NCBI GenBank assembly: GCA_951406725.2
Contig: OX597815.1
Coordinates: forward strand, 102,796,001-102,860,000
DNA length: 64,000 bases
DNA from: Octopus vulgaris
Lineage: Eukaryota
Reading direction: 5' to 3'
Positions 26,680-40,539 of this stretch are shown one piece after another. Both the position numbers and the translations under genes were made by a program. The notes below the pieces were generated by a model that saw only the letters and a list, made by a program, of their open reading frames with translations, had not been told where the DNA came from and did not search any database. The number at the start of each line of letters is the position of its first letter. Position 1 is the stretch's first letter.

Positions 26680-28215
26680 ATTTTAACATCGGACTTATCA
26701 TTAATGCATGTTGATCCAAAGCGGGATATTATATTCGCTACAAATGCGAGTGATTACTGTTTAGGAGCCGTGTCTCTACACAAATATGACGATGGCAGTA
26801 AAAAGGCTATAGCCAATGTGTAACGATCTTTATTACCAGCTGTAAGGAACTATAGTCAGAAAGAGAAGCGTTAGCAATCATATTCGGTATGAAAAAATTC
26901 CATAGATTTATTCAGGGAGGAAGTTTCTGTCTACAAACGGATCATCACCCACTATTGTCAATATACTGTTTTAAAAAAGGAATAGCAACGCACACAGCAG
27001 ATAGACTACAGCGATGGGACACTGCATTATTGAATTATGATTACAAAATGGAATATTTACCGTCAAAAACATTAGGGTATGCGAATAGTTTGTCCACACT
27101 GATACCGAAACACCGCGAGCCATTCGATGATACGGTAATCACAGCTTAATAGCAGAAGGAGAAATAATAGATGTAATGTGGAATGTAGTACGCGTGTTGT
27201 CGGTAACACTAGAAGATATAAAGTAAAGTGCGGTAAAGAGCAAATTCATAAAAAACAGTGAAAAGAACACTGTGGCCAGGAAAAAGTAAATAGGAACAGG
27301 ATTAATGCGAAACGAAACCAAGACGTGAATCTATGCTCAATTTGTGATGGCGTACTGATGTATGCACAGAGAGTAGTGATACATGAAAGACCACCAAAGA
27401 AAATGTTGAGACAATTTCAGCGATGAAATATTGCGAGAATTTCGAGGATGAAAGCTTTAATGCTTGGCTACCTGTACTGGCCAAAAATGGATAGAGAAAT
27501 TGAAAATTCAGTGAAAGGCTGTAGAGGATGTGCTCTAGCAGCAACATAACGACGATAAAACGTGAACCTTGGCCAAAAGTAGATGTTGTGTGGTTTGAGA
27601 TTATACATCGATTTCGCCGGTCCTTTAAACGGTTCATGCTACTTAGCGGTAGTTTATAGTTTCTCTAAATAGCCAGAAATTTGTAAGTGTAGAAAATCAA
27701 CCTCCTGAACTGGACAATTCTTTTACATGAGTTGTCTACGAGACTTGGCATGTCAGACGTGCTAGTGGCTGACACTTCAATGCAATTTCTGTCTTTTGAA
27801 TTTGAAAAGTTCTGTAAAACGTTTACCGTAAAACGCATAACTACGGCGCCATACCATCCCTGATGTAACGGACAAGGAGGATGCTTTGTCGATACGTTCA
27901 AGTGAACTTTAAGAAAGTCGAATAAGGAAAACATGGATGAGGTAGCTCTAGAACAATTCTTAAGTGTATACCATGTGACAGCAAATCCAATCACACCAGC
28001 AGATATGTAACCAGCAGAGCAGATATTTGCGAGGAAAATATATTCAGTATTCGACAAATTGCTACGGAGCAAGAAAAATTGCAAGCAAAATAGAACAAGA
28101 TTTTCAAAGTTGTTGAAAATGTGTTTGTGAGGGTATATAAGAACGGAAACAGAGTGGGGAAGATGGCGTGATTGCCAAACGCACAGGATAAATGCTACAA
28201 CTGGTAAAAGTAGAA
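26680..28215 (+). mobile_element. Ty3/Gypsy pol fragment (RNase H plus integrase), degenerate, no LTRs seen
   Basis: ATNASDYCLGAV, RNYSQ, KKFHRFIQGGSFCLQTDHHPLLSI, ADRLQRWDTALLNYDYKMEY, IHIDFAGP-like and TAPYHP*CNGQ occur in RNase H then integrase order. Confidence 0.9.
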
Positions 28216-28248
28216 AAGGCGTATACCCATGTCTATATGTCTGATTCT

Positions 28249-28326
<78 letters not shown>

Positions 28327-28629
28327 GTCTGTCTGTGTGCCTGTGTGTCTGTGTGTCTGTCTGTCTATCTATTTATCTACCTACCTATATTTCTATCTAT
28401 CCATATCCATTGTCTTGGGACCTCACCCCCACAAAAAAAAAACAATGTTCTCTTCTAAACAAAACGCCCCAGAAATATATAAATGAACAAGCTGTTTGTA
28501 CATTCACAGAATTGTATTTGACAAGTTCTAGAGAGGAACGAAAGCGCTAATAATAATGAAGAAATAAAAGGATTTTTTCCCAAAATTTTGACTTTTTCCC
28601 CTCAATATTCAATTCTGTACATCGCACCT

Positions 28630-29440
28630 AACACTCTGAATAGGGTGTTAGGTGTGATGTATATACAAGCAACAGCGGATGGAGGTGGGGTTTGGTTGAG
28701 GAAGAGAGATATAAAATGAGGGAGGGGAGAAAGATATTTGGAGTTGTGAAAGGTATGCTGAGAGATAAAATGTTGAGTATGTCAGCGAAAAGAGGTTTGT
28801 ATGAGGGCATGATTGTGCCGACAATGATATATGGTGCAGAGACGTGAGGCCTGAGAGAGGCGGAAAGGAGAAGATTAGTTGTGTTTGAGATGAGATGTTT
28901 GAGGGCTATGGGTGGTGTGATATGGATGGAGAGGATGAGGAATGAGGAGGTGCGATGGTGAGCAGGAATGAGAGAAAAACTAACAATGAAAATGGATAGA
29001 GGAATTTTGGAGTGGTTTGGCTACATGGAGAGGATGGCTGAGGGGTAGATAATGAAGGCTGAAGTGGTAGGCAGTAGAACCAGAGGCAGACCTCTGTTTA
29101 CGTGGATGGATGGTGTGAGGAAAGCTTTCGTGGTTAGGTTAGCGGTCTTGGGGTGAGAGAGGCAAGAGAGTATATAAATGATAGGAATGCGTGGAGAGTA
29201 TTTGTGGACGGAAGAGTCAATTTGATGTTGCTCAAAGGAATACGTAGCCAGCATAATGCTGCGGGGGTTAACCAGCATATGATGTCGGGCCCCGCTGCTG
29301 ATATTGGGGGTTGCGTTCTATGCCTTGGCTCGTACATAGAATGATGCTCGCGTCTTAGAGCTAGGAAATGGATGGAATGCCCGGTGTGTGTCTTGCTATG
29401 GCTACCCATTCCTAAAAAGATGGGAAATATGTCCGGGTAT
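28630..29440 (+). mobile_element. RTE-clade LINE 3' fragment
   Basis: KRGLYEGMIVPTMIYGAET*GL..VFEMRCLR..RNEEVR..WFGYMERM..RTRGRPLFTWMDGVR, followed by a 3' UTR running into (TG)n/(TA)n. Confidence 0.85.
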
Positions 29441-29614
29441 ATATGTGTGTGTGTGTGTGTGTATGGATGTATATATGTATGCATGTATAAATATATGCGT
29501 ATGTTTATGGATGTGTATATGTATTATATATATATATATGTATATATATGTATATATGTATATATATATAGAGAGAGAGAGAGGTGTCGAGAGATTTAGA
29601 AACTCAATATTTCT

Positions 29615-29647
<33 letters not shown>

Positions 29648-30750
29648 GTACATATTTATTATACACACACACATATATGCATGTATATGTCTGTATATAA
29701 GTATGTATATATGTGTATGTGTCTATATATGCGCGCATATTTATACATGTGTGTGTATGCGTGCATACTATGTGTATATATGTGTGTCTATATCGGTATG
29801 TGTAATTGTGCTTAACAGGGTGGTATGGTACCATCTGGCCCGAAAATGACCAACCAAAAGTTTAGTTCTTAGTCTTGATCCACTTAATTTATCCTCTTTT
29901 TAATACACACACATATGTGTATGTATGCATATGTATATATGTATGTATGTGTATATGTGCATTGATACGTGTATATGTGTGTTTGTGTATATATGTGTGT
30001 GCGAATGTGTGCGTCAATATTCTCACTGATATATGTGTGTGTTTGTATGCCCGTAGTTCAAGAGACCTACCTACACAGTGAATAACAAACTGTAAAATAT
30101 CATGTTGAAAACCACTTTTATGCGAGAAATCACAACAGAGCTGCAATTTATAAACATCTAATTACTAAATTCGAAAAATTATGAGAAAACCATTTCTATT
30201 CTTTTTTTATTCACTTTTCTACTATATAATAACGTACCAAGTATATTTCTAATCCTACATACATACTTATATACATATATGCATACATACAGCTATATAT
30301 ATATATATGTATATCTGTGTTGTAAGAGCATAGACACACAACCTTACATCGATTTATATTGACCTATATAATTCAAAATGATTATATCTATTGTTTGGAT
30401 TCGAAAATTCTTTTCAAAATGTTTTCCTAAACGTAGAAAAAAAAAAGAATTATATAGAGGAAAATTAAATTCTAAATCTTCATAATTAGTTGATTCTTCT
30501 TTCACAAGCGTATTAGTTTCCATATTTACTTTTTTTCTTCTTTCTGATGAGCCATATTCGTTACTTCTCATTTTTCTATTCTATACCTGTGTGACTTCTA
30601 CAATATATTATTGTGAATTATATCGTAAAAAGATTGGAAATTAAGCGAGCTGGGACATTAAAATACAGGAAACAGAAAAATACATGTACACAAATGCATA
30701 CTAGAAATGTAAAAAAGCAATGCTCGTACGTTCTATGTATGTATGTATGA

Positions 30751-30783
<33 letters not shown>

Positions 30784-30919
30784 TGTATGTATGTATGTAT
30801 GTATGTATGTATGTGAGTGTGTATGTATGCATGCATGTATGTATGTATGTATGTATGTTTGTATGTATGTATATATATGCTTGTATGTATATGTATGTAT
30901 GTATGTATGTACGTACATA

Positions 30920-33060
30920 TGTTCTGTTTTTTTTTTAATATTTAACCTCCTTTTTCGACGAAGGAGCTGGTTCCTAACAAAGGTACGAAGCTCTATCGTT
31001 GTTATGTAGTTAACAAATCAATATAACATTTCAAACTTGCGAAAATATTTGCATATATTTAATGTTCCAGTTAAGGATTATAGCTGTAATGTGCGAGTAA
31101 GTTGGTTGATTTCGTTTTCTGAAAGACCTAGCCTGCCTAGATTGTCATTGAGGCATCTACTTTCAAAGCCAAGTGTACGAATATTGGTATAAATTCAGAT
31201 TTATAATCTGGATACAGAAGCTGCATGTTTCGAAGCAGTTGTCCAAAGTTATTCTCTTTCATAACAGCAGGACGGCTGACCTTTATGACGGAACATACTT
31301 TTTATTGGTCGTCCAATATCCGGCCTCTCATACGTGACAGATATTCTGATGGGAATGTTCCACCAGTATTCCTTGTATTGATGTTTGTGTATGTAATCAT
31401 TGACAGGAGGATTCTCGATAATTATTCCAAGGCAGTCTTTTTTTTCAAATAGCATTGCATATTGATTTTGCTACAACGTCGTATCGCAGAGGGATGTAGC
31501 ATCTTGCTGACAGTTCAGGGTGCGATGTCTTCGACAGAAACATTTCGGTTGCATTTTAGAGTGCCAAATGCTTTACTTCTCTTTTGTTTACTAGGTACTG
31601 CATAGCCTTCAAAATATGATGTGATCTAGCAGTCATTATTCCAAGCAAGGCTTCGATTCATGTTGATGCAATTGTATTTTTTAAAGTTGTTGGGAAACAT
31701 ACTCATGCGTGGTCATTTTTGGTATGATGAACGTTTCGCATCCGAGTTTTCCTTATGGTATGTTAGTCCGGCTATTTTGGGAATGTATGCAAGATCATCA
31801 GGAATGGAATTCTTCCTGGGGATCTCGCTGCTGACACACACGATATCGTTCTCTTTACTTTTCGACAATTTTAATGTAATTATTTTTGCTGCTGTTGTTT
31901 TGCATGTTTTGCTGTTGTTTTCTGAGAGTGACTATACAGCATTCGGATGTTATATGCACTGATTTCAAGCCTCTATCTGCTTTATCTCTTCTCAGGTCTA
32001 GTCTGTTTATATTACTATTTTTGTTGAGATTTCCAGTTGAGATCAGTATCTTGCTAGGTTTGACGTCCAAGGATTTCTTCTACAGATCATTCACGTATCC
32101 CAAATGTTGGAATCAGCATATTGGTACTGCAGATGCATTCTGGGATATTGTCGTGTACGAGATGAGTTCAAATTGCCATCTTTTTCTAAATATACCCATA
32201 TTCTCGGGCTACTCTACCTTTATTTACATTACCTACCTATGATATGTTTTCATCAATGGTTAGGTACCTATAGCATTATTTATGTGGGATTGGAAGTATA
32301 GCGAGGGTATTCAGGCACAGGTTTTGGATCTACGAGATTGATTTTCGTCGTTCAACCATGAAAGATGAACATTTCTTTTGTACAAATTCCTTTCGTATAT
32401 CCACTGAATATGTTATTAACTCCTGTGGCTTTTTGGCATTCTTAACATTTTTATCATAAATCTTGAGGTCATTCACAAACAAGTTATGAATGACGTTAAT
32501 AGCGTTAGCAGTTGCAAAACCTAACCACGTAGGCATTTGAATGTTGTGGAAGGAATGACAATGGATTTAGTGCGAAAATGAACAGGTTTACAGAAATATT
32601 ATCTCCTTGAAATAGTTTCTTTGAAATATTTATGACATTGGAGACGATAGTCTCGAAAACAGCAATTAAGGTAGCAGACACTTTTACCAAATGTAGACAC
32701 TTCAGCAGCTATTAGTGGGTAATAGAATCAAATACCTTTCGATAATCAAGATATACTGTTACAAAATGATGTTCTTTTCACTTTAGACAGTACAGCTTTG
32801 TCCCACTGGCCTGCTCATCAATCACTACGTTGTTGAATTCACATTGATTTTGGACGAATTGGTTGAAGCAGTTTGAATAGAGTTTTTACACGTTTAGGCA
32901 AGCAGCGGGCCTATAAATTTTTGCCAACACGTTGGTTTCATTCTTCCTTACAAATTCGTCCGTACTGTAGCAAGCTGTAGCAAGCCGATTTGGTATGTCA
33001 TTCTGACCTACCATAGGTCTTTCCAATATACGTATTAGTTAATTGCTAGCAAGGACACAG
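30920..33060 (-). mobile_element. R4/Dong-clade element (RT to 3' UTR) ending in (TACA)n
   Basis: YLDYRKVFDSITH, FQGDNISVNLFIFALNPLSFL, NLFVNDLKIY, YIHKHQYKEYWWNIPI and RPDI. The 3' UTR matches 2765-2830, and the 3' end abuts (TACA)n on its own strand. Confidence 0.88.
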
Positions 33061-33239
33061 TATTTTGTTTTGCAAAGATAGTATATTACCAATTATATTA
33101 AAGGTTTACAAGTCAACTATTGTGCCGCACTTTTTGTGTTAGCAGTGTGATATTTTCATTTTAGGTGTATCTCAATAGATTCTCTATAGAATTCATAGGT
33201 TATACTTTCGTTTCGTATACGATTACGTTCATGCAAACA

Positions 33240-35015
33240 CAGCGATCGAAGATGACAAAAAAACGAATGCGTTAATAATAAAGGGATTACTCTCCTGGGA
33301 CATCCCGCGAAGATGCTTTCAATAATCGTGTTAGATCGTCTCGTTGAGAATATGTGTCCACATGTGATTCCCGAAGAACAGTAGTTTTAGACCTGAGCGA
33401 GGAACAATGGAAATAATTTCTGCGAGACAGGTTTAGGAGAAATGCTTAGAGGAACAAATGCCACAATACCAGATCTTCATAGATTTAACTAAGGCATTTG
33501 ACACGGTAAATAAGGATTGTTTTGTGTAAACATAGTTGTCCAACACATTTTGTAAGCATCTACACAAAAACACGAAAGCTGAGGTAGTCTTTAATGACGA
33601 GTTATCTCATGAATTTTCGTCGACAGCCGTGACAAACAGGGAGATATTTTTGCCCCTACACTTTTCTCTGTTTTACTGCATTGCTTTGGTATGCTTTCAA
33701 GGATTGCCACAGGGCGATCGGAATCAGATTTCGGACATCTGATTGCATGTTTAATCTGACCCGGTTTAACTGTAAAGCAAAGACTTTCAAAACGCTTGTA
33801 AGAGACTGATGGTGCTGGTTTGTTGGCACACTCACAGGGGGATATGCCACATATAATGGACAGATTTTCCACTGCATGTACACATTTTGGACTCACAATT
33901 AGTCTTGGGAAAACTAAGGTAATATTTACTCCCGCACCAGGACAAACATATTCTGAACCAAACATTTTTGTAAATGGGATAAGGTTAGAAGTCATTGACA
34001 CCTTTGTTTACCTTGGAAGCACTCTATCAAGAGATGGTAGTCTTGATGCATAGATATTCTATCGAATAGGGAAGGGAAGTGTTGCATATGGAAAGCACGA
34101 AAAGAGAGTATGGTCGGATAGAGATATTTCACTGCAGACAAAAATCAGTGTCTATAAAACGTGTGTATTTACTGCATTTCTTTATTCGAGTGAGACGCAG
34201 ATTACTTACAGGTGTCATATGAAAATGCTGGAGAGATTTTCTCAAAAGTGCCTCAGACACACCTTGAAAGACAAGTGGGAATGTTTCATACAAGATACAA
34301 CAGTTTTGCACATGGCGCATTGCATCTCAATTGAACATGTTATCTTGGCTAAAATGGAATGGGCTGCACATGATATTAAAATAAAAAGATGAACGATTGC
34401 CAAAACGACATCTTATGGTGAGCTGAAATCTGGTAAGCGACCACGACATAAGCCGAAGAAAAGTTATAATATTGTGTGAAGGAAAATCTGGATCGGAACG
34501 AGTGGAGAGATACTCTTAGGACTGATTGGAATTCGTAGGAGGAAAAGATGATTCAGCACTCTCAGTTTAAAAGGATCTGTCGCAGAAGAACAATTAGAAC
34601 TGAACTCAACAGTGAACATTGGATATGTATCATGTGTGATCGTGTTGTGTTGCCAAAAGCAGGATACGTGAGTCATATGAAGTCACATGAAATAGAAATG
34701 CCCAGGTAGGTAACAATCTTGAACCCTGACCGCCTCTTACGACTCTTATTGTCATATGTCACAAAACTTAGTAGACAATATCTGGATTAAAAGACATATG
34801 TTAGTTCACAAAAGCATTCGTTTAGAATCAAATTTCAAAGGGCAAAGATGTAGAAGAAACTTGAATAATATCTGTCACCTGTCTTTTAAATCCAGTCAGT
34901 CAGCAGCGAGTCTTAAAAGTCATCTGAGGGCTCATCAATGGAGGGATTGTGTTGTGTGATGGGGTGTGGTCTGTGTGCTGATGGGACGGTTATCATCTGT
35001 GAAGATAAAGCAACC
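33240..35015 (+). mobile_element. RTE-BovB-like LINE fragment (RT plus C-terminal C2H2 fingers)
   Basis: FIDLTKAFDTVN, FGLTISLGKTKV, FVYLGSTLSRDGSLDA and YGELKSGKR. Decayed CxxC...HxxxH fingers lie at about 34625-34690, 34750-34810 and 34865-34935. Confidence 0.9.
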
Positions 35016-35033
35016 ATCGTGTATGTATGTACG

Positions 35034-35064
<31 letters not shown>

Positions 35065-35123
35065 ATATATACACATATATATATATATATGGAACATATA
35101 TAAGTATATACTCCTATACATGC

Positions 35124-35160
<37 letters not shown>

Positions 35161-35232
35161 CTATATACGTATGTTTGCATATCTATATATATCTATATCT
35201 ATATCTATCTATATATCTCTCTCGTTATATAG

Positions 35233-35289
<57 letters not shown>

Positions 35290-36229
35290 AGAGACATGTA
35301 CCTGTAAGTACATGCATATATACAATTTGCATGCCTTTGTGCACGTAAATGTACACCTGTATTACTGTATAGATAAAAAAATTGCTTGCAGATATTTTAA
35401 AATTTGGAAGCAAAATATCAAAATGCTATCTTCTTTTACTATTGAGTGAATATGTGTATGTGTTCTGACTGAATTGTGAGGATTAGGAAAAGACATATCA
35501 TATGAATGAGAAAATTGTTATAAATTCGTTGTGTATGGTGGTAAATGGATTTTGTTGTTTTTAGCGGCTAGTATGGTGAAACAGTGAGCGCAAGTTCGAT
35601 GATGGAGCTGTTTCTAACCAATTCACTTAAGTCTATTTATTTACAACTGTGAGATTCAAAAAATATCATGAAAATCATAATTCTCTTAAAATAATTCCCT
35701 TAAAGTTTAATTCAAAATGAAAAGTGCATCTCATATGGCATGAACTTATACTAATTTGCGAACAATGTCTCCACACAGCTTGAGAAATTAAGTTTGTTTA
35801 TAGTATTTAAAGTGTAAAAATATATTAAATTCTAAACAGTACCATAAACAGTCAAAACACACGCACATACACACACACGCACCACCACCACCACCACCAC
35901 AACCACCACCACCACACACACATACACAGTGTAAATGTGCACATACATATATACGAGTACTCCCAAAGAAAATATCCCACAACAATAAAACCCGTTTAGC
36001 AGATAAAGAAATTATCTCATATGCTGTTTTTTTTTCTTTCTTACAAAGTATGCAAAAGTCTATTCTACTGTACTGAAGAAGTTCTAAAATCGATCTTTGT
36101 AAGTGCATCAACTAATTAGTTACAAGAATGTACCTTATGACACAACTGGTATAGAAACAATGAGTTCCAATTTTATTAAAAATCGTCTTAAAATCATCAT
36201 TTGAATGATTCTAAAAATGTAATGATTAA

Positions 36230-36800
36230 GCTCGAATTGTGCACATAAGCTCATAGTGAGGTTGAAAGCAGTGCAAGTCTTGTGTTAAAGTAACTTGGCT
36301 GAAAGTCGAAAGCAGAATGTTTTGTAGAAGTAATACTTGATGATTACATAAGGCATTTGAGGAGGCAGAAACTTGGAAGATATAAAAGAAAATGAAAATA
36401 CTAATACTGCTAATAGCAATAAAACGTCGGCGGTTGCTGTTAGAAATAGCAGCATGGAAACTACTGAAAATGTGAGACATCTAAAAGCTTTTAATGAACA
36501 ATATGGAAACAAAGATTAAACAGTGATGCAAGTGAGAGCGATGTTTCGGCAATACCTCAGAAAAAAGAAAGGGAAATACAAGGCCAACACCTGAAGGTGG
36601 CTAAGGAAAAGTGATCTGAAAGTAAGCACTGAGGCATTAAAATGCAGTGCTCCGAAACAAGCTGAGAGCTGATTACACAGAGTTTCAAATACGTAAGAGT
36701 AGTGAATCACTACCGTGTTGAATGAAGGCATAATATATTGTGAGTGAGTGTAGCAAACGCTCGAAATAAATGCAAAAGGAATCATCGTAACGTAGCTAAC
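36230..36800 (+). mobile_element. R4/Dong-clade fragment
   Basis: WLRKSDLKVSTEALKCSAPKQA and ECSK...RNHRNVA resemble WLxxGDLKxETExLIxAAQEQA and CxxLAxxxYxxRHDNVA. Confidence 0.6.
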
Positions 36801-36882
36801 AACCAGTCAGCAAGATATCATTTCCTGTTCGTTCTCTTAACAATTTCGGTTCCTTTATTCTTAATTTTTCAGTTTTTACCTT

Positions 36883-36957
<75 letters not shown>

Positions 36958-36959
<2 letters not shown>

Positions 36960-37187
36960 GATTGAAAGGCAAACACAGACAGGTAAGTGCTGTGTTTTTA
37001 CTGAATCTCCTTTAGTAGAAAGAATAGCTATAACTCTTTGACTGGGTGGGGGTGAGGCAATTCGTTGCTAAACCCTTAATTGCTTAGTATTACTTAAATT
37101 TTCCTCGAATGAGGCTTTTACATGCCGAAATCTACTTGGTGTAATTAATAATTATTCCAAATTAATTAATTTCACCCTTTATTGTTA

Positions 37188-37192
<5 letters not shown>
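36958..37192 (+). mobile_element. (TA)n-embedded short element related to 58390-58775
   Basis: Shares the end TCTACTTGGT..AATTA..AATTT(C/T)ACCTTT..TATTxTTA with that element. It has a decayed hammerhead-like ATGA-GGC-TTTTACAT-GCC-GAAA at ~37109-37130. Confidence 0.5.
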
Positions 37193-37235
<43 letters not shown>

Positions 37236-37239
<4 letters not shown>

Positions 37240-37342
37240 GGGGTGTATGAAACGTTTTGAGCCTAGAAGTCTTGTACCTTCATCAGAAATCTTGTAACAT
37301 GTTTTGTGCTTTTGAGGCTCAAGACTTTTCATACATCCCTCG
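37236..37342. mobile_element. 107-bp mariner-type MITE
   Basis: About 28-bp TIRs (TGAGGGGGTGTATGAAACGTTTTGAGCCT / AGGCTCAAGACTTTTCATACATCCCTCG), flanked by TA. Confidence 0.85.
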
Positions 37343-37351
37343 TATATAGCA

Positions 37352-38362
37352 GAGGGTACTACTTGTAGCACCAGTATGCTGAAGATAGCAGTCAAATCGA
37401 CTCACAACTACAGTTCTCACTTCTACACAGGGGCGAAGTCGAGGGAACGGGCAGTAACATTTTAAAATCCCATACCATAGACGAGAAGAATTGAAAAGGA
37501 AATCAGACATACCCATATCACAGTAATTTCGAACTTTGTGAATGATCACTCTCTGCTCGTCGCGAGTAATGCTGACTAGGGGCAAAAAATATGCCCGCTT
37601 CGATAATCATTTTTAATACTGCAGCAAATTTAGAAAGATGATCGAAGTGAATAAAAATTATAAAAGTATATAAGCATATTACTGTTAATAATTTACAATA
37701 ATATCAGTGGTTAGCATACGTAAAAAGAATCATAAAGGCAAAATTAGCAATTAATAATGAAGGGTACTACTCATAGTACTAGCATGCTAAAGAAAGCTGT
37801 CAAAACGCTTCAAAACCACAGTTTTCACTTGTACACAGGGGCGAAATCGAGTGAACGGGTCGTAAAATTTTAAGAATCCGTACTGGCTCTTAAAATTACA
37901 TTACCAGCCACATGGTTTCGGGTTCAGTTCCACTTCGTGGCACTTTGGGCAAGTGTCTTTTACTATAACCTCGAGTCGACCAAAGACTTGTGAGTGGATT
38001 TGTTAGACGGAAACTGAAAGAAGCCCGTCGTATATGTTTATGTATATATATACATATATATATATATATGTGTGTGTGTGTGTATGTGTGTATGTGTATG
38101 TGTGTGTGTGTCCGTTTGTGTGTCTGTGTTTGTCCCCCCAACATCGCTTGACAACCGATGCTAGTGTGTTTACGTCCTCGTAACTTAGCGGTTCGGCAAA
38201 AGAGATCGATAGAATAAGTACTAGGCTCACAAAGAATAAGTCATGGGGTCGATTTGGTTGACTAAAGGCGGTGCTCCAGCATGGCCGCAGTCAAATGATT
38301 GAAACAACTAAAAGAGTAAAAGAGATTATATCACAGTGATTTCGAACTTTGTGAATGATCAC
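37352..38362. repeat. Two diverged direct copies of a ~200-bp repeat, the second split by a SINE
   Basis: 37352-37475 resembles 37761-37885, and 37517-37549 resembles 38330-38362. Confidence 0.8.
37903..38327 (+). mobile_element. SINE family 1 with an internal (TA)/(TG) microsatellite
   Basis: Collinear with 49890-50247. It has a TAAAAGAG-type tail and a possible TSD ATTACATTAC/ATTATATCAC. Confidence 0.9.
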
Positions 38363-38369
38363 ATGACTT

Positions 38370-38652
38370 GGTCAGTCTAAAGAATTCTCAGTTCCGTGTT
38401 CGGGCCGATTGCAGTCAAGTTTGGTTGACGACGGTACTTTTCCTTTGCAGTATAATGTTGCAAACATCTGTTTTTCTAAATTTTTATATACACATTAGCG
38501 ATCTGCTAAATCATCCATAGATTTTTATGGTGAATATATATACTGTAAGAGGCAAGGTAGCCCGGAATTAACCGAACGAGTTGGCCTTTCTGAAGATGGC
38601 TACGAAAAGCCGAAACTCACCGGTCAGTCTAAGGAATTCTCGGTTCGGTATT
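38370..38652 (+). mobile_element. 252-bp direct-repeat unit with a hammerhead core at 38590-38625
   Basis: GGTCAGTCTAA(A/G)GAATTCTC occurs at 38370 and 38622. The core reads CTGAAGA-T-GGCT-ACGAAA-AGCC-GAAA-CTCACCG-GTC. Confidence 0.7.
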
Positions 38653-38948
38653 GTAGCTCCTATATGAGTATATGTTACGTGCTTTGTAATAGCAATGGTG
38701 TATTTTCAATCCTATTACTAGCAATGTAGTTGTTATCCACACCCTTAGTCAAGTTTAGGTGAAGGCTATAACATATACAAACACTCATACACACATATAT
38801 GTCTCGGTTTAAAGAAGGCGAGCAACCCAAAGCCTCGAAATCACCAACCTTTTTCTTGTAAATGTTTAATAAACATTACTCTCCTATAAAATATACAGTA
38901 ATTCTTCCCCATGCTAAATTGCATTTTTAATATGTACTTTGACATAAA

Positions 38949-39155
38949 GACGGTGAGCTGGGAAAATCGTTAGCTTGTCAGGCAAAATACTTTCTGAGTA
39001 TTTCTGAGCGGTATTTCTGAGTTCAAATTTCGTCGGGATCGACTTTACCTTTCATCCTGCCGGAGCCGATAAGATAGGTACCAGCTGAGCACTGGGTTCG
39101 ATATAATCGACTTACTCCGTCTTCTGAACTTACTACCGAAATTTGAAACCAATAT
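38949..39155 (+). mobile_element. SINE family 2
   Basis: GACGGTGAGCTGGGAAAATCGTTAGC...GAGTTCAAATT (B-box-like)...CCTTTCATCC...GTACCAG. Confidence 0.85.
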
Positions 39156-39379
39156 GTAACTTGCCCTTAAATCAAATAATAACAAAACACATGCTTACGT
39201 ACGTATCTATGTTCGTGTGTATGTGTGTGTTTGTGTGTATTGTAGCTACATCACACGTACATTTATATAAAATCAAACGGAGTCATATATGCACACTTTC
39301 GTTTAATTTCTCTCTCAGTCTCCCTCCTCATTTGACTTTCAGTTTTTTTCTCGTCCTAATAAATACATCTCATTATATA

Positions 39380-39980
39380 TTTCTCTCCATTTCAACTATT
39401 TACCAGACTTTCTTTTTCATTCTACTACATTTTACAAAAAAATAAAGATTATTTGAAAATGCTATTCGCTACATGGCAGATCTTGTTGATATTCAAACTG
39501 TATACAGAATGTAATATAAAGAAATCTCTAAAGCCAATGGGATTACAGTATATACCTATTGTTTGTAAGCATCACACCGTTTTAACTTCATTTCCATGAT
39601 CTGCATGCCTCTAATTAGTAACATGAAAAAAGAATGGTATTCATGTTTTCTTTTTAACTGAGGATTAAAAAAGCAAACCATAGCACAACTGTATAAATTA
39701 GCACATCGCATATAACAAATAAATATTCCTTTTGAAATAAAGAATTGACATTAACTGTAGTATCCGGGAATACATATATATGGCACTATTGATGGCAACA
39801 CCTTTGTCAATACTAACAGTAGGCTCACAATAACACAAATACACGAGATGCTGAATATATTTGAAATAAATACTTAGAATGCAACTGAAATCACGTCGTG
39901 GCGTTTTGAAACCAGATGCAATTTGGATACGAAAGATCTATGAATGTGATGAAGTACATTTGACTAAAAGTGCCCTAAAA
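39380..39980 (-). pseudogene. Possible decayed 7-TM/GPCR-like remnant
   Basis: Hydrophobic segments across frames: ICVIVSLLLVLTKVLP, EYLFVICDVLIYTVVLWFA and ICHVANSIF...LYFFVKCSRMKKKVW. There are many stops. Confidence 0.25.
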
Positions 39981-40092
39981 GTAACAATAACAACCATTAT
40001 AACGGCGACAATAACAAACTATAACAACTTCAACAATAATAGTATACCAAAAGGAGACGACTCAAAATGCCTTTTTATTTATAGAATCATTA

Positions 40093-40170
<78 letters not shown>

Positions 40171-40225
40171 GTCTTATTTTTATTAATATTATTATTATTA
40201 ATATTATTATTAATATTTATTATTA

Positions 40226-40440
40226 TTCAGTAGTTTTATTTTTATAGCGTGCTTTCACTTCACTACCGAGCGCAGCTCTGTGTGCCTTGGGTATGTGCTG
40301 TGATTTGTTGTGATGCTCTGATGGTTATTGTATGGAAAGTGTTCTGCGTAGGATGTGTGCAGTGCCTAGTAGTGCAATTTTCTGTATGTTATATGTGTTT
40401 GTAAGTCCTGGTGTTTTTGTTATGTATTTGTCTGAATATT
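40226..40440 (-). mobile_element. Dong-like 3' end in (TAA)n
   Basis: The minus strand reads PGLTNTYNIQKIALLGTAHILRRTLSIQ*, then a short UTR, then (TAA)n. Confidence 0.85.
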
Positions 40441-40474
40441 GTTATCATTATTATTATTAAAATTATTATTATTA

Positions 40475-40539
<65 letters not shown>

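Noticed and set aside
26540-28250. LTRs, PBS or PPT around the Gypsy fragment
   Set aside because: No flanking direct repeats were found.
30540-30580. CTGATGAG core match (also 21130, 26180 and 37280-)
   Set aside because: No downstream stem II plus GAAA.
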